64,000 nucleotides of DNA from an uncultured Candidatus Saccharibacteria bacterium (GCA_964559575.1 CAZLGQ010000001.1:7067-71066), one strand, 5' to 3'. Shown: positions 29,017-37,739, counted from the first letter of the stretch. Numbers and translations are program-made. Notes: a model not told the origin generated them from the letters alone.

Positions 29017-29455
29017 ATGAAAATATATTTTGCAGGATCAATAAGAGGAGGAAGAGAAGATAGAGAAAAATATTTTAAAATAATAGAATACCTTAAAAAA
29101 CACGGTGAGGTTCTCTCCGAACATATAGGGTCTGAAAACATAGACCACAAAGGAGAAAAGCTCTCTTCAGAAGAAATATTTAACAGGGATGTAGAATGGA
29201 TAAAAAAAGCCGATGTGATCATCGCAGAAGTCTCCACACCCTCTTTAGGTGTTGGCTACGAAATATGCTTTGCAGAAGAATTGAATAAAAAAAATACTCT
29301 GTCTTTTTCAAGAGAACGACAATAAAAAGTTATCTGCGATGATAAGTGGAAATAAAAATATTAAAGTTAAATATTATAAAAATACTAAGGATATTTTTAT
29401 AACACTAAACAAATTTTTATCAAATTTAAATCATAAAAACAGTTCAGACACTTAA
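29017..29455 (+). pseudogene. 2'-deoxynucleoside 5'-phosphate N-hydrolase (DNPH1/Rcl-like), interrupted by a +1 frameshift in an A8 homopolymer
   Basis: Frame 1 (29017..29325) gives MKIYFAGSIRGGREDREKYF...VIIAEVSTPSLGVGYEICFAEELNKK, a strong match to the DNPH1/Rcl signature YFCGSIRGGRED...VVAEVTQPSLGVGYE. It stops early after the A8 run (29287..29294). The next frame continues KILCLFQENDNKKLSAMISG..., matching the DNPH1 continuation KPILCLFRPQSGRVLSAMIRG, and runs to a TAA at 29453..29455. Confidence 0.6.
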
Positions 29456-29545
29456 GTTTTTAAAAACAAAAATAACTTTTCAAACCATAATAATTTTGTT
29501 TATAAAAGTGATATACTTAATATATAAAACTATATAATTTTAATA

Positions 29546-30619
29546 ATGTATAACCGTATAGTAATAAAAGTTGGTACCAAGGTACTCTCCAATGATTTTA
29601 ATAGGCTTGATCTCACCGTTTTAAAACATTTAGTTAAACAGATCAACTTAATAAAAAATAAAGGAACCGAAGTTGTTTTGGTTACATCAGGTGCTGTAGG
29701 AGCCGGTAGAGATTTAATAAACCTTAAAGATATTGAAAAAATAGCAGAAAAACAGATCCTTTCCTCTATAGGTCAGGTTAAATTAATGAATTTTTATTCA
29801 AAATATTTTGCAGAGTATGATCAATTATGTGCTCAAGTATTGGCTACCAAAGAAGACTTTAGAGATAGAAAACATTACTTTAATATGAGAACCTGTTTTA
29901 ATAATCTATTAAAAAGTGGTGTCATTCCGGTAGTAAATGAAAATGATGTTATAGCTACTACAGAACTTCTCTTTACCGATAACGATGAATTAGCAGGTCT
30001 TGTAGCATCCTTACTAAACGCTGATGCAGTAATAATTCTTACAAGTGTTGAAGGTTTTCTAACAGGTGACCCTGAAGATCCCAATTCTAAAATCATTTCT
30101 GAAATTGATTTTAATAAAATTAAAAATATTGAAAAATTTATTTCTAACGAAAAAACTACCTTGGGACGTGGAGGTATGCTTACTAAATTTAATATAGCAA
30201 AAAAACTAACCATTCAGGGTATTACCGTCTTATTTGCTAACGGTAAAAGAAAAAATGTTTTAACTGACATATTTAATAATAAAAAGATCGGAACCAAATT
30301 TACTACTTCAAAAAAATCATCTTCTATCAAAAGACGTCTTGCTTACTCGGAAGGATTAACCAAAGGAATGGTTAAAATAGACAAACAGGCTGTAAACCTT
30401 TTACGTTCTAAAGAAAACATCATCAGCTTATTGCCTATAGGGGTAATAGATATTCATGGTGATTTTTATAAAGGTGATATTATTGAAATCGTAAGTGAAA
30501 AAAAAGAAAAAATAGGTTTTGGGATAACTCAGTACGATTCTCAAAAAGCCAAAGATCTAATAAAAACTAAAAATAAAAAACCGATCATTCATTATAACTA
30601 TATGTTCATTAATATTTAG
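29546..30619 (+). CDS. proB: Glutamate 5-kinase with C-terminal PUA domain
   Basis: IVIKVGTKVLS, VLVTSGAVGAG and NENDV amino-acid-kinase motifs, plus a C-terminal PUA-like region (MVKIDKQAVNLL...GDIIEIVSEK). Confidence 0.85.
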   Translation: MYNRIVIKVGTKVLSNDFNRLDLTVLKHLVKQINLIKNKGTEVVLVTSGAVGAGRDLINLKDIEKIAEKQILSSIGQVKLMNFYSKYFAEYDQLCAQVLATKEDFRDRKHYFNMRTCFNNLLKSGVIPVVNENDVIATTELLFTDNDELAGLVASLLNADAVIILTSVEGFLTGDPEDPNSKIISEIDFNKIKNIEKFISNEKTTLGRGGMLTKFNIAKKLTIQGITVLFANGKRKNVLTDIFNNKKIGTKFTTSKKSSSIKRRLAYSEGLTKGMVKIDKQAVNLLRSKENIISLLPIGVIDIHGDFYKGDIIEIVSEKKEKIGFGITQYDSQKAKDLIKTKNKKPIIHYNYMFINI

Positions 30620-30660
30620 AATATATCTAAATATTAAATTAATTTTATTTAAAAAATTAA

Positions 30661-30682
30661 AGGGGAGTTTAAAACCTCCCCT
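30661..30682 (-). terminator. Rho-independent terminator hairpin (acts mainly on the minus strand for the Zn-ribbon gene pair)
   Basis: AGGGGAG-TTTAAAAC-CTCCCCT perfect 7-bp GC-rich stem. On the minus strand it is followed by a T-rich run, and it lies about 29 nt downstream of the stop of the 30711..30974 ORF. Confidence 0.45.
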
Positions 30683-30710
30683 TTATGATCGTTCCGATCG
30701 ACATAACTAA

Positions 30711-30974
30711 TCAGTCCCTCCAAGGAGAGTCCTTTTCTAAGGCCTCCTTTTGGCGCTTTGCTTGCTCATTCAAGCACAAAGCACAACTGATTTTCACGTC
30801 TATTGGAACGCGTTGGTCGTCGGTTGCCCCGAGGACAACTCCACACTTCTCGCATTTCAAAGTGCGTTTTTGCCCGTTCAGGCAATCAGAACAAATGACC
30901 GAGATGTTTTCTGGTACTCGCTCATCTGCTGTGGCGGCGAAAATACCGTCGCAGCTAATGCATACCAAAATCAC
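30711..30974 (-). CDS. Small double zinc-ribbon protein (internally duplicated CxxC...CxxC module), in a GC-rich island
   Basis: GTG start preceded by AGGAGG. Two homologous modules (ADERVPENISVICSDCLNGQKR and TDDQRVPIDVKISCALCLNEQAKR) each carry a CxxC-x17-CxxC spacing. Their nucleotide differences are mostly synonymous, which indicates purifying selection. Codon usage is GC-rich and unlike the host. Confidence 0.45.
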   Translation of the reverse strand: MILVCISCDGIFAATADERVPENISVICSDCLNGQKRTLKCEKCGVVLGATDDQRVPIDVKISCALCLNEQAKRQKEALEKDSPWRD

Positions 30975-31028
30975 CTTAAACCCCTCCTAGGTTATAGACA
31001 ACGACCCTAAAGCCGAGGTCTATCTGGG

Positions 31029-31217
31029 TTAGTAGCGTCCTCCTACGACACTATCCATTTGAGACACGCAATGGTGCCCCTTTTCATCCTGATTCAGTGC
31101 AAACACCACCTTCACAGAGGTACCTTGCAACTGACGGCATTTGTGGCAGACTATGATCTTAACGACCCAATAGTCACGTGAATCATAAACCCTGCCACAC
31201 TGAGCGCATCTAACCAT
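31029..31217 (-). CDS. Small zinc-ribbon protein (CxxC...CxxC), in a GC-rich island
   Basis: 62 aa: MVRCAQCGRVYDSRDYWVVKIIVCHKCRQLQG.... An SD-like GGATAAGG lies upstream. Codon usage is GC-rich. The gene sits directly upstream of and on the same strand as the 30711..30974 ORF. Confidence 0.4.
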   Translation of the reverse strand: MVRCAQCGRVYDSRDYWVVKIIVCHKCRQLQGTSVKVVFALNQDEKGHHCVSQMDSVVGGRY

Positions 31218-31396
31218 AACCTTATCCTTTCCTGGTTATCAAGGAACAACACGAGGGAAACATTCCCCCCGATCAGTTAAACAATTAATCTAACCAATCG
31301 GGGAAAATGATTTCCTCAACTAAAATTTTTGCCATTAAACCAGATTTAATAACAAATGTAAATACTAACGACTATATTAATAATAATATAGAAAAA

Positions 31397-32083
31397 TTAA
31401 AAATATTTATTTATAAAATCTTCAGCCTTTTTTAAATCAATTGGAGTAGTTATTTGTAACCAAAAACGACTAAATACCGGAGTAATCGTTTTTTTGTTTG
31501 CCAATTGAAGAAGAGTTTGAGGTAACCCCCACTCTTCTTTACCACTTAACTTTTGCTGAGTACAAGAAAATATTTGATCAGTCATAGAATAAAGTCCGGT
31601 ATTTAAATAACCGGTAACACCACCATGATCATTACCTTCTTTTATTTCTTTTATTCGATTAAATTCATCAAAAACTACTTTTCCACCAGAGTATAAATTA
31701 TTAACTTTAGATATCCCAATAGAAAAAGAATGTTCTGTACAAGACCTTATATCAGAAGGATGATAAATATCATCACCCATCATAACTAAAAAATGTTCAT
31801 TTAAAATATCCTTAGCTTGCCACAATGCATCAGCAGTACCTAAAAAATCAGACTGTTCTACATAACGCAATGGTATACCTTTATAAACTTTCCCTAAATA
31901 TTGATAAATATCAGACTTTCTGTAACCAACTACTAAAATTACTTCTTTTATTTTTTCCGGTAAAAAGTCTAATTTATACTCTAACAACGTTTTATTTTTG
32001 ATCTTTAAAAGTGGTTTAGGAGTTAACTCAGTATGATTTCCCATTCTAATTCCTCTACCAGCTGCTAGAATAACTACTTGCAT
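31397..32083 (-). CDS. Sugar-phosphate nucleotidyltransferase (NTP_transferase family)
   Basis: MQVVILAAGRGIRMG...TPKPLL is the canonical G-x-G-x-R nucleotidyltransferase N-terminus, so the start was moved to that Met (32083). The track ORF has 8 extra N-terminal codons. Confidence 0.6.
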   Translation of the reverse strand: MQVVILAAGRGIRMGNHTELTPKPLLKIKNKTLLEYKLDFLPEKIKEVILVVGYRKSDIYQYLGKVYKGIPLRYVEQSDFLGTADALWQAKDILNEHFLVMMGDDIYHPSDIRSCTEHSFSIGISKVNNLYSGGKVVFDEFNRIKEIKEGNDHGGVTGYLNTGLYSMTDQIFSCTQQKLSGKEEWGLPQTLLQLANKKTITPVFSRFWLQITTPIDLKKAEDFINKYF

Positions 32084-32163
32084 AAATAATAAGTAAAATA
32101 ATATCACAATATTTTTTTAAAAAAAATATTGTGATAATATTACTTTGTAATATTTAAATAAAA

Positions 32164-32814
32164 ATGAAACTTATACCGGATAAAGAAATAATTAAAATAC
32201 CTATAAAAGATAACAAAGAAAAACTTGTTCATGTTAGAAAATACGTTCCAAATATAGTTATCAGACCAGGTTTATATATAAAAAAAGAAGGAAATAGTAC
32301 CTGCAAAAAAGCCTGTTTAATAAGAGAAAGTGTTGGAAAACGTTTAAAGGTAGCTCAAGATTTACTACCTAAAGAATACAGGTTAATGCTTAGATGTGGA
32401 TACAGACCCATATCACTACAAAAAAAACACTATATAGAAGAACGTAATCGCTTAAAAAAGAAAAATCCATCCTGGAGTAAAGAAAAACTAAACACAGAAA
32501 TGGATATGCGTATTGCTCCATTGTATATAGTACCTCCGCACCCTACAGGTAGCGCAGTTGATATAACCATAATTGATAATAAATACCACCAACTTGATAT
32601 GGGTACTAAATTAGGAGAATTTAACAAAGAAAAAACATTTACTTATTCCAAAAATATTTCTAACCTAGCAAAAGAAAATAGAAAACTTTTAATAAATGTT
32701 ATGGAAAAAGCAGGTTTTGTTAATTATCCAACCGAATGGTGGCATTGGTCGTATGGAGATAGATACTGGGCTGCCGTAAAAAAAGAAAAAATTTCTATAT
32801 ACGATAAGATATAA
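32164..32814 (+). CDS. D-alanyl-D-alanine dipeptidase (M15 family, VanX/DdpX-like)
   Basis: Zn-binding motifs PHPTGSAVDITIID (SxHxxGxAxD) and PTEWWHWSYGD (ExxH). Confidence 0.7.
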   Translation: MKLIPDKEIIKIPIKDNKEKLVHVRKYVPNIVIRPGLYIKKEGNSTCKKACLIRESVGKRLKVAQDLLPKEYRLMLRCGYRPISLQKKHYIEERNRLKKKNPSWSKEKLNTEMDMRIAPLYIVPPHPTGSAVDITIIDNKYHQLDMGTKLGEFNKEKTFTYSKNISNLAKENRKLLINVMEKAGFVNYPTEWWHWSYGDRYWAAVKKEKISIYDKI

Positions 32815-32873
32815 CAAAAGAGCGTCCTAGCTTTTAACTAAAACGCTCCTTTAGCCTTTTTAGGGCTTTTGAG

Positions 32874-34118
32874 TCAAACAAAGTCGAGTCTTTTCCGTAC
32901 CTCTTTGACAACCGCTTTCGCTTCTTCTCGAGAATTGATGGACAGTCCGGTAACATCAATGCCACCGTGATAGAGCACACCGGGATTGGTTATGACCGCA
33001 AAAGGTTCTTGAGTCGATGGAACCAAAATCTCTTTCAGTTCACCAAACAGCTCTTTAAACCCTAAGCTTTTCCCGGTTGAAATGTGTTCATGCCAAAAGT
33101 GGTAACCGAAAGATCCGGGGTTACGGATCTTCGCCAATCGTTTTGACATCTCATAGATAAAAACTATTGCGCCTTTCCTGGGATTGAAATCAGTCCAGTA
33201 GACGTTTCCAGTTTCATCTATAAGAATATCACAACAGAAATAACCTTTGGCACCGGATCTCTGAAGATAAGGAACAAGTTTGGTTTCCAGATCTGTTCTG
33301 ATCCTACTCTCTATCTCTCTGGTAAGCCTAGTTGGAAAGGCTGTACCGGAATAAGACAGATTAGTGGATAGTTGATCAAAGATACCTATATCCAAAAACT
33401 TCCCATCTTCAGTGATCTCCCAATGAACACAGACTTCATCAACGATCTTGACCATCTGCTCTACGATGAAGGGGCTGCACATCCCTTCAACTGTTGGCAT
33501 TTTTGCCACAAGATCTTCATAAGATGAGATCTGATGCAATCCACCCAGATCTACACCACCCGTACCTCTTGAGGATTTCAGAAGAAAACCATTTCCATTC
33601 TTACCTGTAAGGAATGACTTGGTTACCTTGAGAAGTTCTTCCGGATCCTTACCACCCACCCAAGGGGCGGTTTTTAATCCCAGTTCTTCACAAAGCAACT
33701 TAAAGTTATACTTACAGGCAAAAGGAATGGATACCTCAAAGTTACAGTAAGGAGGAATCCCCAGAATTGAAGAAAGATAACGTTCACTTTCTTCTATCCA
33801 GAAAAACTCCAATCGGGCAGATCGACCATTAATGGACCCCAGAATCTCATCCTGAACTTCTTGCTTGGAGATTACCAAATCGGCTAAAGTAAGATCTCTA
33901 TCAAACGGACCAGCTACGATCATTCTCGGTAATGTAAAACCGAGATCCTGCCAATAGGCAAGATAATCAGAATCGATCGGTTTGGTAGTGACCACTACAT
34001 GACCATCTCCAACTTGGCACAGTCCGCCACGTTGATCAAAATCTTGCTCCATCTCAATACCTCGAAAGAGACTATTGCTCTGAGTCTCGATCATAACACG
34101 AGTTTTTTCGCCTTTCAT
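32874..34118 (-). CDS. ATP-grasp family ligase (substrate unknown), GC-rich and compositionally foreign
   Basis: C-terminal ATP-grasp core LLKSSRGTGGVDL, FIVEQMVKIVDEVCVHWEI and YFCCDILIDETGNVYWTDFNPRKG (the D-x-N catalytic loop). Local GC is about 45% against about 30% in neighbouring genes. Confidence 0.6.
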   Translation of the reverse strand: MKGEKTRVMIETQSNSLFRGIEMEQDFDQRGGLCQVGDGHVVVTTKPIDSDYLAYWQDLGFTLPRMIVAGPFDRDLTLADLVISKQEVQDEILGSINGRSARLEFFWIEESERYLSSILGIPPYCNFEVSIPFACKYNFKLLCEELGLKTAPWVGGKDPEELLKVTKSFLTGKNGNGFLLKSSRGTGGVDLGGLHQISSYEDLVAKMPTVEGMCSPFIVEQMVKIVDEVCVHWEITEDGKFLDIGIFDQLSTNLSYSGTAFPTRLTREIESRIRTDLETKLVPYLQRSGAKGYFCCDILIDETGNVYWTDFNPRKGAIVFIYEMSKRLAKIRNPGSFGYHFWHEHISTGKSLGFKELFGELKEILVPSTQEPFAVITNPGVLYHGGIDVTGLSINSREEAKAVVKEVRKRLDFV

Positions 34119-34174
34119 GTCTATCCTCCTCTTTCTTCAATGTTTGACCTGAAAAGAACAACAACGGCCTTATT

Positions 34175-34223
34175 CCAAGACCGTAGATATACATAAGTTA
34201 TTTATATGTATCTACGATCTTGG
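34175..34223. promoter_or_regulatory. Long near-perfect palindrome (about 20-bp arms) between the native M20 gene and the GC-rich ATP-grasp gene
   Basis: CCAAGACCGTAGATATACATA-agttattt-ATATGTATCTACGATCTTGG. It lies 57 nt upstream of the ATP-grasp start codon and has no T-run, so it is more operator-like than terminator-like. Confidence 0.3.
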
Positions 34224-34278
34224 ATATTGACATTTTATAAATATTATTTCTTAAACATACAAACTTTATTTAATTAAG

Positions 34279-35370
34279 TCAATAACCTTTATTGGTATCA
34301 AAATTCAAAAGATCAATTAATGACTCATATAAAAAATAAACAGAATCCATATCAACCCATTCTTCATTTTGATGCGCACCTCCTCCATCAGGTCTCCAAA
34401 GTACTGCAGGAATTCCGTGTTCTGTAAAAAAAACAGCATCACTGGTTCCATTTTCATGTTTAAAGATCATTTTTTTTCTTAATTTCTTTTGTAAAACCTT
34501 TTTCAATACCTGAAGCCATAATTCATTTTCATTAGTAAAAAATAGATCATTTTCTGAAACAACTTCCACCTCTCCTTTTTTCCCTACAAACTTATTCAAT
34601 TCTTTTTTAATATTCTTAAGATCCTCATTTTTAGTAAAACGTATATCAAAATAACCTTCAGCATATTCTGGTATCTGATTTAAACTATTATCAGTAGAAA
34701 CCTTGGTTAAAACCACACTGGTCTTCCATTGATCTTTAAAAGTAGGTCCGGGGAACATTTCAGAAAGTTTATTTTGTAAGACCAATAACTTAGGAATTGG
34801 ATTTTCTCCTTTCCAAACTTGAGAAGAATGACAACTCTTACCCGGTAAAGTAACCTTAAACTGAATAAAACCTTTCTGTTTATTAACTATTTGATTTCCT
34901 CCACCACCATCTGCAATAAAAGCAAAATCAGCATGGTAACCTTTATCTTTTAATAAAGCATAAGTTCCATATCCACTTTTCTCTTCATCGGAAGTAATCA
35001 AAATTGCTATTTCTTTTTTCCCTCCCCTTTTTTTATATTCAGTTGCTGCATATAGACAAGCCACTAAGCCGGCTTTCATATCATAAGCACCACGACCATA
35101 AAGTTTTCCGGCTTGTTCTTTAGGCTTGAATAATTCTTCAGATCCTTTTACAACATCAATGTGTCCGGAGAAAATTATATCTACCTTTTTTTTATTTGTA
35201 GTTGAAAAGACCAAAGCCGGATGACCTTTTAAATTATACTTAGAGATCTTAAAGACACCTTTAAATTTTTTTTCTAAGAGATCCAAGCATTCTTTTTGTT
35301 TTTCTATATTCTCTTCTGTTGATCTTATTGAAATAAGCTTTTTAGATAGATCTAATATTTGTTTTTTCAT
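34279..35370 (-). CDS. M20-family metallopeptidase (DapE/ArgE-like), native AT-rich composition
   Basis: SGHIDVV and GRGAYDMKAG (M20 metal-binding/catalytic motifs), FIADGGGG, and 363 aa. Confidence 0.7.
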   Translation of the reverse strand: MKKQILDLSKKLISIRSTEENIEKQKECLDLLEKKFKGVFKISKYNLKGHPALVFSTTNKKKVDIIFSGHIDVVKGSEELFKPKEQAGKLYGRGAYDMKAGLVACLYAATEYKKRGGKKEIAILITSDEEKSGYGTYALLKDKGYHADFAFIADGGGGNQIVNKQKGFIQFKVTLPGKSCHSSQVWKGENPIPKLLVLQNKLSEMFPGPTFKDQWKTSVVLTKVSTDNSLNQIPEYAEGYFDIRFTKNEDLKNIKKELNKFVGKKGEVEVVSENDLFFTNENELWLQVLKKVLQKKLRKKMIFKHENGTSDAVFFTEHGIPAVLWRPDGGGAHQNEEWVDMDSVYFLYESLIDLLNFDTNKGY

Positions 35371-35395
35371 AATTTATTTACATAAAAACTAAAAA

Positions 35396-35422
35396 TAAAA
35401 CGACCTCTTGAGGTCGTTTTAA
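35396..35422. terminator. Bidirectional intrinsic terminator
   Basis: AAAA-CGACCTC-TTG-GAGGTCG-TTTT: a perfect 7-bp GC-rich stem flanked by an A-run and a T-run. Confidence 0.5.
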
Positions 35423-35577
35423 TATTTTATTTATTCTTGATTTTATATTATTTAGAATAAACACCATTAAACAACCTCAAAAGTCTTGAAGTTACGACGG
35501 TCGTTTCTACGAACAGTATTTATTCTATTTAACATATAATAAAATTTAATAAAAAAAATTAAAAAAGTCAATAAAAA

Positions 35578-35610
35578 AGGGGTACCGGCAACTAACGTCA
35601 CCGATACCCC
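35578..35610 (-). terminator. Intrinsic terminator of the GC-rich ArgE-like/ArgA-like operon (minus strand)
   Basis: GGGGTACCGG-caactaacgtca-CCGATACCCC hairpin lies immediately after the stop at 35618. It is followed on the minus strand by TTTTTTATT. Confidence 0.45.
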
Positions 35611-35617
35611 AATGGAC

Positions 35618-36613
35618 TTACAGTTCCTTCACCCAAACTTCTTTAGAACCTTGGTTCAAATCAAACATTCGTTCTTTTTTGAAACCAAAGTTTAAAAAGT
35701 CAGGCAAAATACCCACTAAGGGCGGTGCTTGTTCAGCACAAAGGTACAACTGCTTTTTCCGGAGTTTCATGGACTTATTGACCGCATACTTGATCAATGG
35801 AGTCAAAACCTCCGAAACGGCTAACTCAGAAGAGTAGCCAAGGTAACTCATTTTCATCTTCCCGTTGACTTCAGGGTTTAGCATCAGAGCTCCATAGGGA
35901 TATCCGTCAATTGCGAAAACGACGAATTTATCGATATTCTCAGCAATGAATGACTCAAAAACACAGCCATTTAGCAAAGACTTGAGAATCCGAGTGACTT
36001 CCGGAATATCAGACCTCGTTGCAGATCGAACCTTCTTATATGAAGATCCGGCTCTGTAGATCATTGTTCCGGAACCTTTCCCTGTTAGAAACTCTTCCAA
36101 AAAAGCTTCCCTGCGACAGATGTTGGTAAAGTGAACACGAGAGATTCCTATGTCACAAAAACCAACCGCATACTCAAGACACGTCCTCATCAAGCCATTG
36201 ACTACATTCTCTTCCTCTAGAAGTTCTTGTGCTTCCATATCCGTCATTTCACTAACAAGCTTCCCCTTATTGAAGATGCCGTCAGTATTACAGAGAAAGA
36301 AGAACTTGGAAGCTTTGAGAACCTCCACCAAGGTAAAGAGATCTTTCTCTTCAACTACTTCGTGGTACTTCACTCCACGTTCCTGAAGCGTATTTTCCAA
36401 AAAAGGAATATCCACGCTGTTACAAAGAAAATGGAGATCGACCCCTAAGCTATCAAGAAGATGAATGTCTTCAATAATAGCTTCAAAGTTTGATTCCTTC
36501 TTCCTTGGAAAAGCACTGCAGACAAGAACACGCTTCCCATTCCAACGGATCAGGCTACTCAACATCTCTCTGGTAGGACGTCCATCCATGACCATTTCCT
36601 CCTCACTTTCCAC
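35618..36613 (-). CDS. Amino-acid N-acetyltransferase-like protein: amino-acid-kinase fold plus C-terminal GNAT (short ArgA/NAGS-like architecture), GC-rich
   Basis: TDGIFNKGKLVSEMTDMEAQELLEE...VNGLMRTCLEYAVGFCDIGISRVHFTN...LTGKGSGTMI matches the C-terminal half of the AAK fold (TDVdGV...GGM.pKl.aa..A...Gv..v.I..g...GT.I). The C-terminal roughly 120 aa (LGYSSELAVSE...) resembles GNAT. GC is about 45%. Confidence 0.45.
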   Translation of the reverse strand: MESEEEMVMDGRPTREMLSSLIRWNGKRVLVCSAFPRKKESNFEAIIEDIHLLDSLGVDLHFLCNSVDIPFLENTLQERGVKYHEVVEEKDLFTLVEVLKASKFFFLCNTDGIFNKGKLVSEMTDMEAQELLEEENVVNGLMRTCLEYAVGFCDIGISRVHFTNICRREAFLEEFLTGKGSGTMIYRAGSSYKKVRSATRSDIPEVTRILKSLLNGCVFESFIAENIDKFVVFAIDGYPYGALMLNPEVNGKMKMSYLGYSSELAVSEVLTPLIKYAVNKSMKLRKKQLYLCAEQAPPLVGILPDFLNFGFKKERMFDLNQGSKEVWVKEL

Positions 36614-37739
36614 ACATGTCTTGTATCAAACGGACATATTGTGAAACAACTTTGTCCGAAAAATACTTTTCATGCATGAATTCATTCGGTTTATGAGCCT
36701 GTTGAATGGATCCGGGTCCGTATATCACTGATTCAATACCGGCGGAGTTAAAAACACCCCCTTCAGTATTAAAAGAAGTTGACGCCGATGTCTTACCGGA
36801 TACCTTTTCAACGCTCTTAACAAGCGACGATCCAGTGTCCGTTTCCATCGGAGGAGTTGGAGTTCTTCCAAAACTCACCTTAACTTCCAAACCGTCATCG
36901 ATACCCTCGTTAACGGAAATGAAGTCAGAAAAAGCTCGAAAGACATCATCAACATCCTGACCTGGGATTGGTCTGATATCAAGCTCAATACGACAGTAGT
37001 CCGCTATGATGTTCTTAGCGGAGTTATCTCCGGTCGTAACGACACCAACATTGAGAGTTGGATAAGTCGGGTCAAACCGAGGATCAGAAATGACCTCTAG
37101 ATGCCTCTTGAAGTCATTTATCTTCCGAAGAACCAAAGGGAGAGCTGTTTGCACAACGTTCAATCCCTCATTGGGACGCGAACTGTGTACACGCTTACCC
37201 TTAAGTTCCACCTTGACATACATATACCCCTTGTGGAGAATGTACGACTCAAGCTCGGTAGGCTCTCCGATCAGAACCGTATCTGCGAATTTTCCTCTGT
37301 CGTTGATGAGCTTCTTAGCACCAACACAACCAACCTCTTCATCACTCGTAAAAACAAGTCCGAAAGGCTTTTTGAGTTTGTGCTCTTGGATGTATGAAGC
37401 GGCCTTCATGGCTACTGCCAGAAAACCTTTCATGTCGCAAACCCCTCTGCCGAAGTACTTATTCCCCTTCTTGGTAAGAAAAAGAGGATCAGTACTCCAA
37501 TTCCTGATATCGTAAGGAACGGTATCCATATGTCCTGACAAGGCGAAGTGAGTATCATGACCGCCCTTCTTGGCGATCATGTTTACCTTCTTTACGCCCT
37601 TTTGGATATAAGGGTACTGTTCAATAACGAAACCTTCGTCTTCCAAAAACTCACTGATGAAATCAGCGATGCTTCCGGTTTCCTTATTACTTACAGTGTC
37701 AAAGGAAATGAGTTTCTCAGCGATCTCGATCGTCTCCAT
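36603..37739 (-). CDS. M20-family deacylase (acetylornithine deacetylase ArgE / DapE-like), GC-rich
   Basis: LSGHMDTVPYD and GRGVCDMKGFLAVAM motifs. Start moved to Met24 (METIEIAEKLISFDTVS), which has a strong GGAGAGGA SD. Overlaps the downstream AAK-GNAT gene by 11 nt. Confidence 0.7.
   Translation of the reverse strand: METIEIAEKLISFDTVSNKETGSIADFISEFLEDEGFVIEQYPYIQKGVKKVNMIAKKGGHDTHFALSGHMDTVPYDIRNWSTDPLFLTKKGNKYFGRGVCDMKGFLAVAMKAASYIQEHKLKKPFGLVFTSDEEVGCVGAKKLINDRGKFADTVLIGEPTELESYILHKGYMYVKVELKGKRVHSSRPNEGLNVVQTALPLVLRKINDFKRHLEVISDPRFDPTYPTLNVGVVTTGDNSAKNIIADYCRIELDIRPIPGQDVDDVFRAFSDFISVNEGIDDGLEVKVSFGRTPTPPMETDTGSSLVKSVEKVSGKTSASTSFNTEGGVFNSAGIESVIYGPGSIQQAHKPNEFMHEKYFSDKVVSQYVRLIQDMCGK

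Noticed and set aside
30711-30974. LysW/ArgW-like amino-group carrier protein hypothesis for the double zinc-ribbon protein, given the nearby ATP-grasp, AAK-like and M20 genes that resemble LysX/LysZ/LysK
   Set aside because: The CxxC-x16/17-CxxC ribbon spacing is similar, but the protein lacks the essential acidic C-terminal EDWGE tail; it ends ...EKDSPWRD. The ATP-grasp protein is not RimK/LysX-sized. The AAK-domain protein carries a GNAT domain, so it is ArgA-like, not LysZ-like.
30685-31010. Plus-strand ORFs 30685..30990 and 30750..31010 in the GC-rich mini-island
   Set aside because: They are antisense to the minus-strand zinc-ribbon genes. The minus-strand genes have SD sequences and show protein-level internal duplication with synonymous divergence. 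GC-rich DNA produces long spurious ORFs on the opposite strand.
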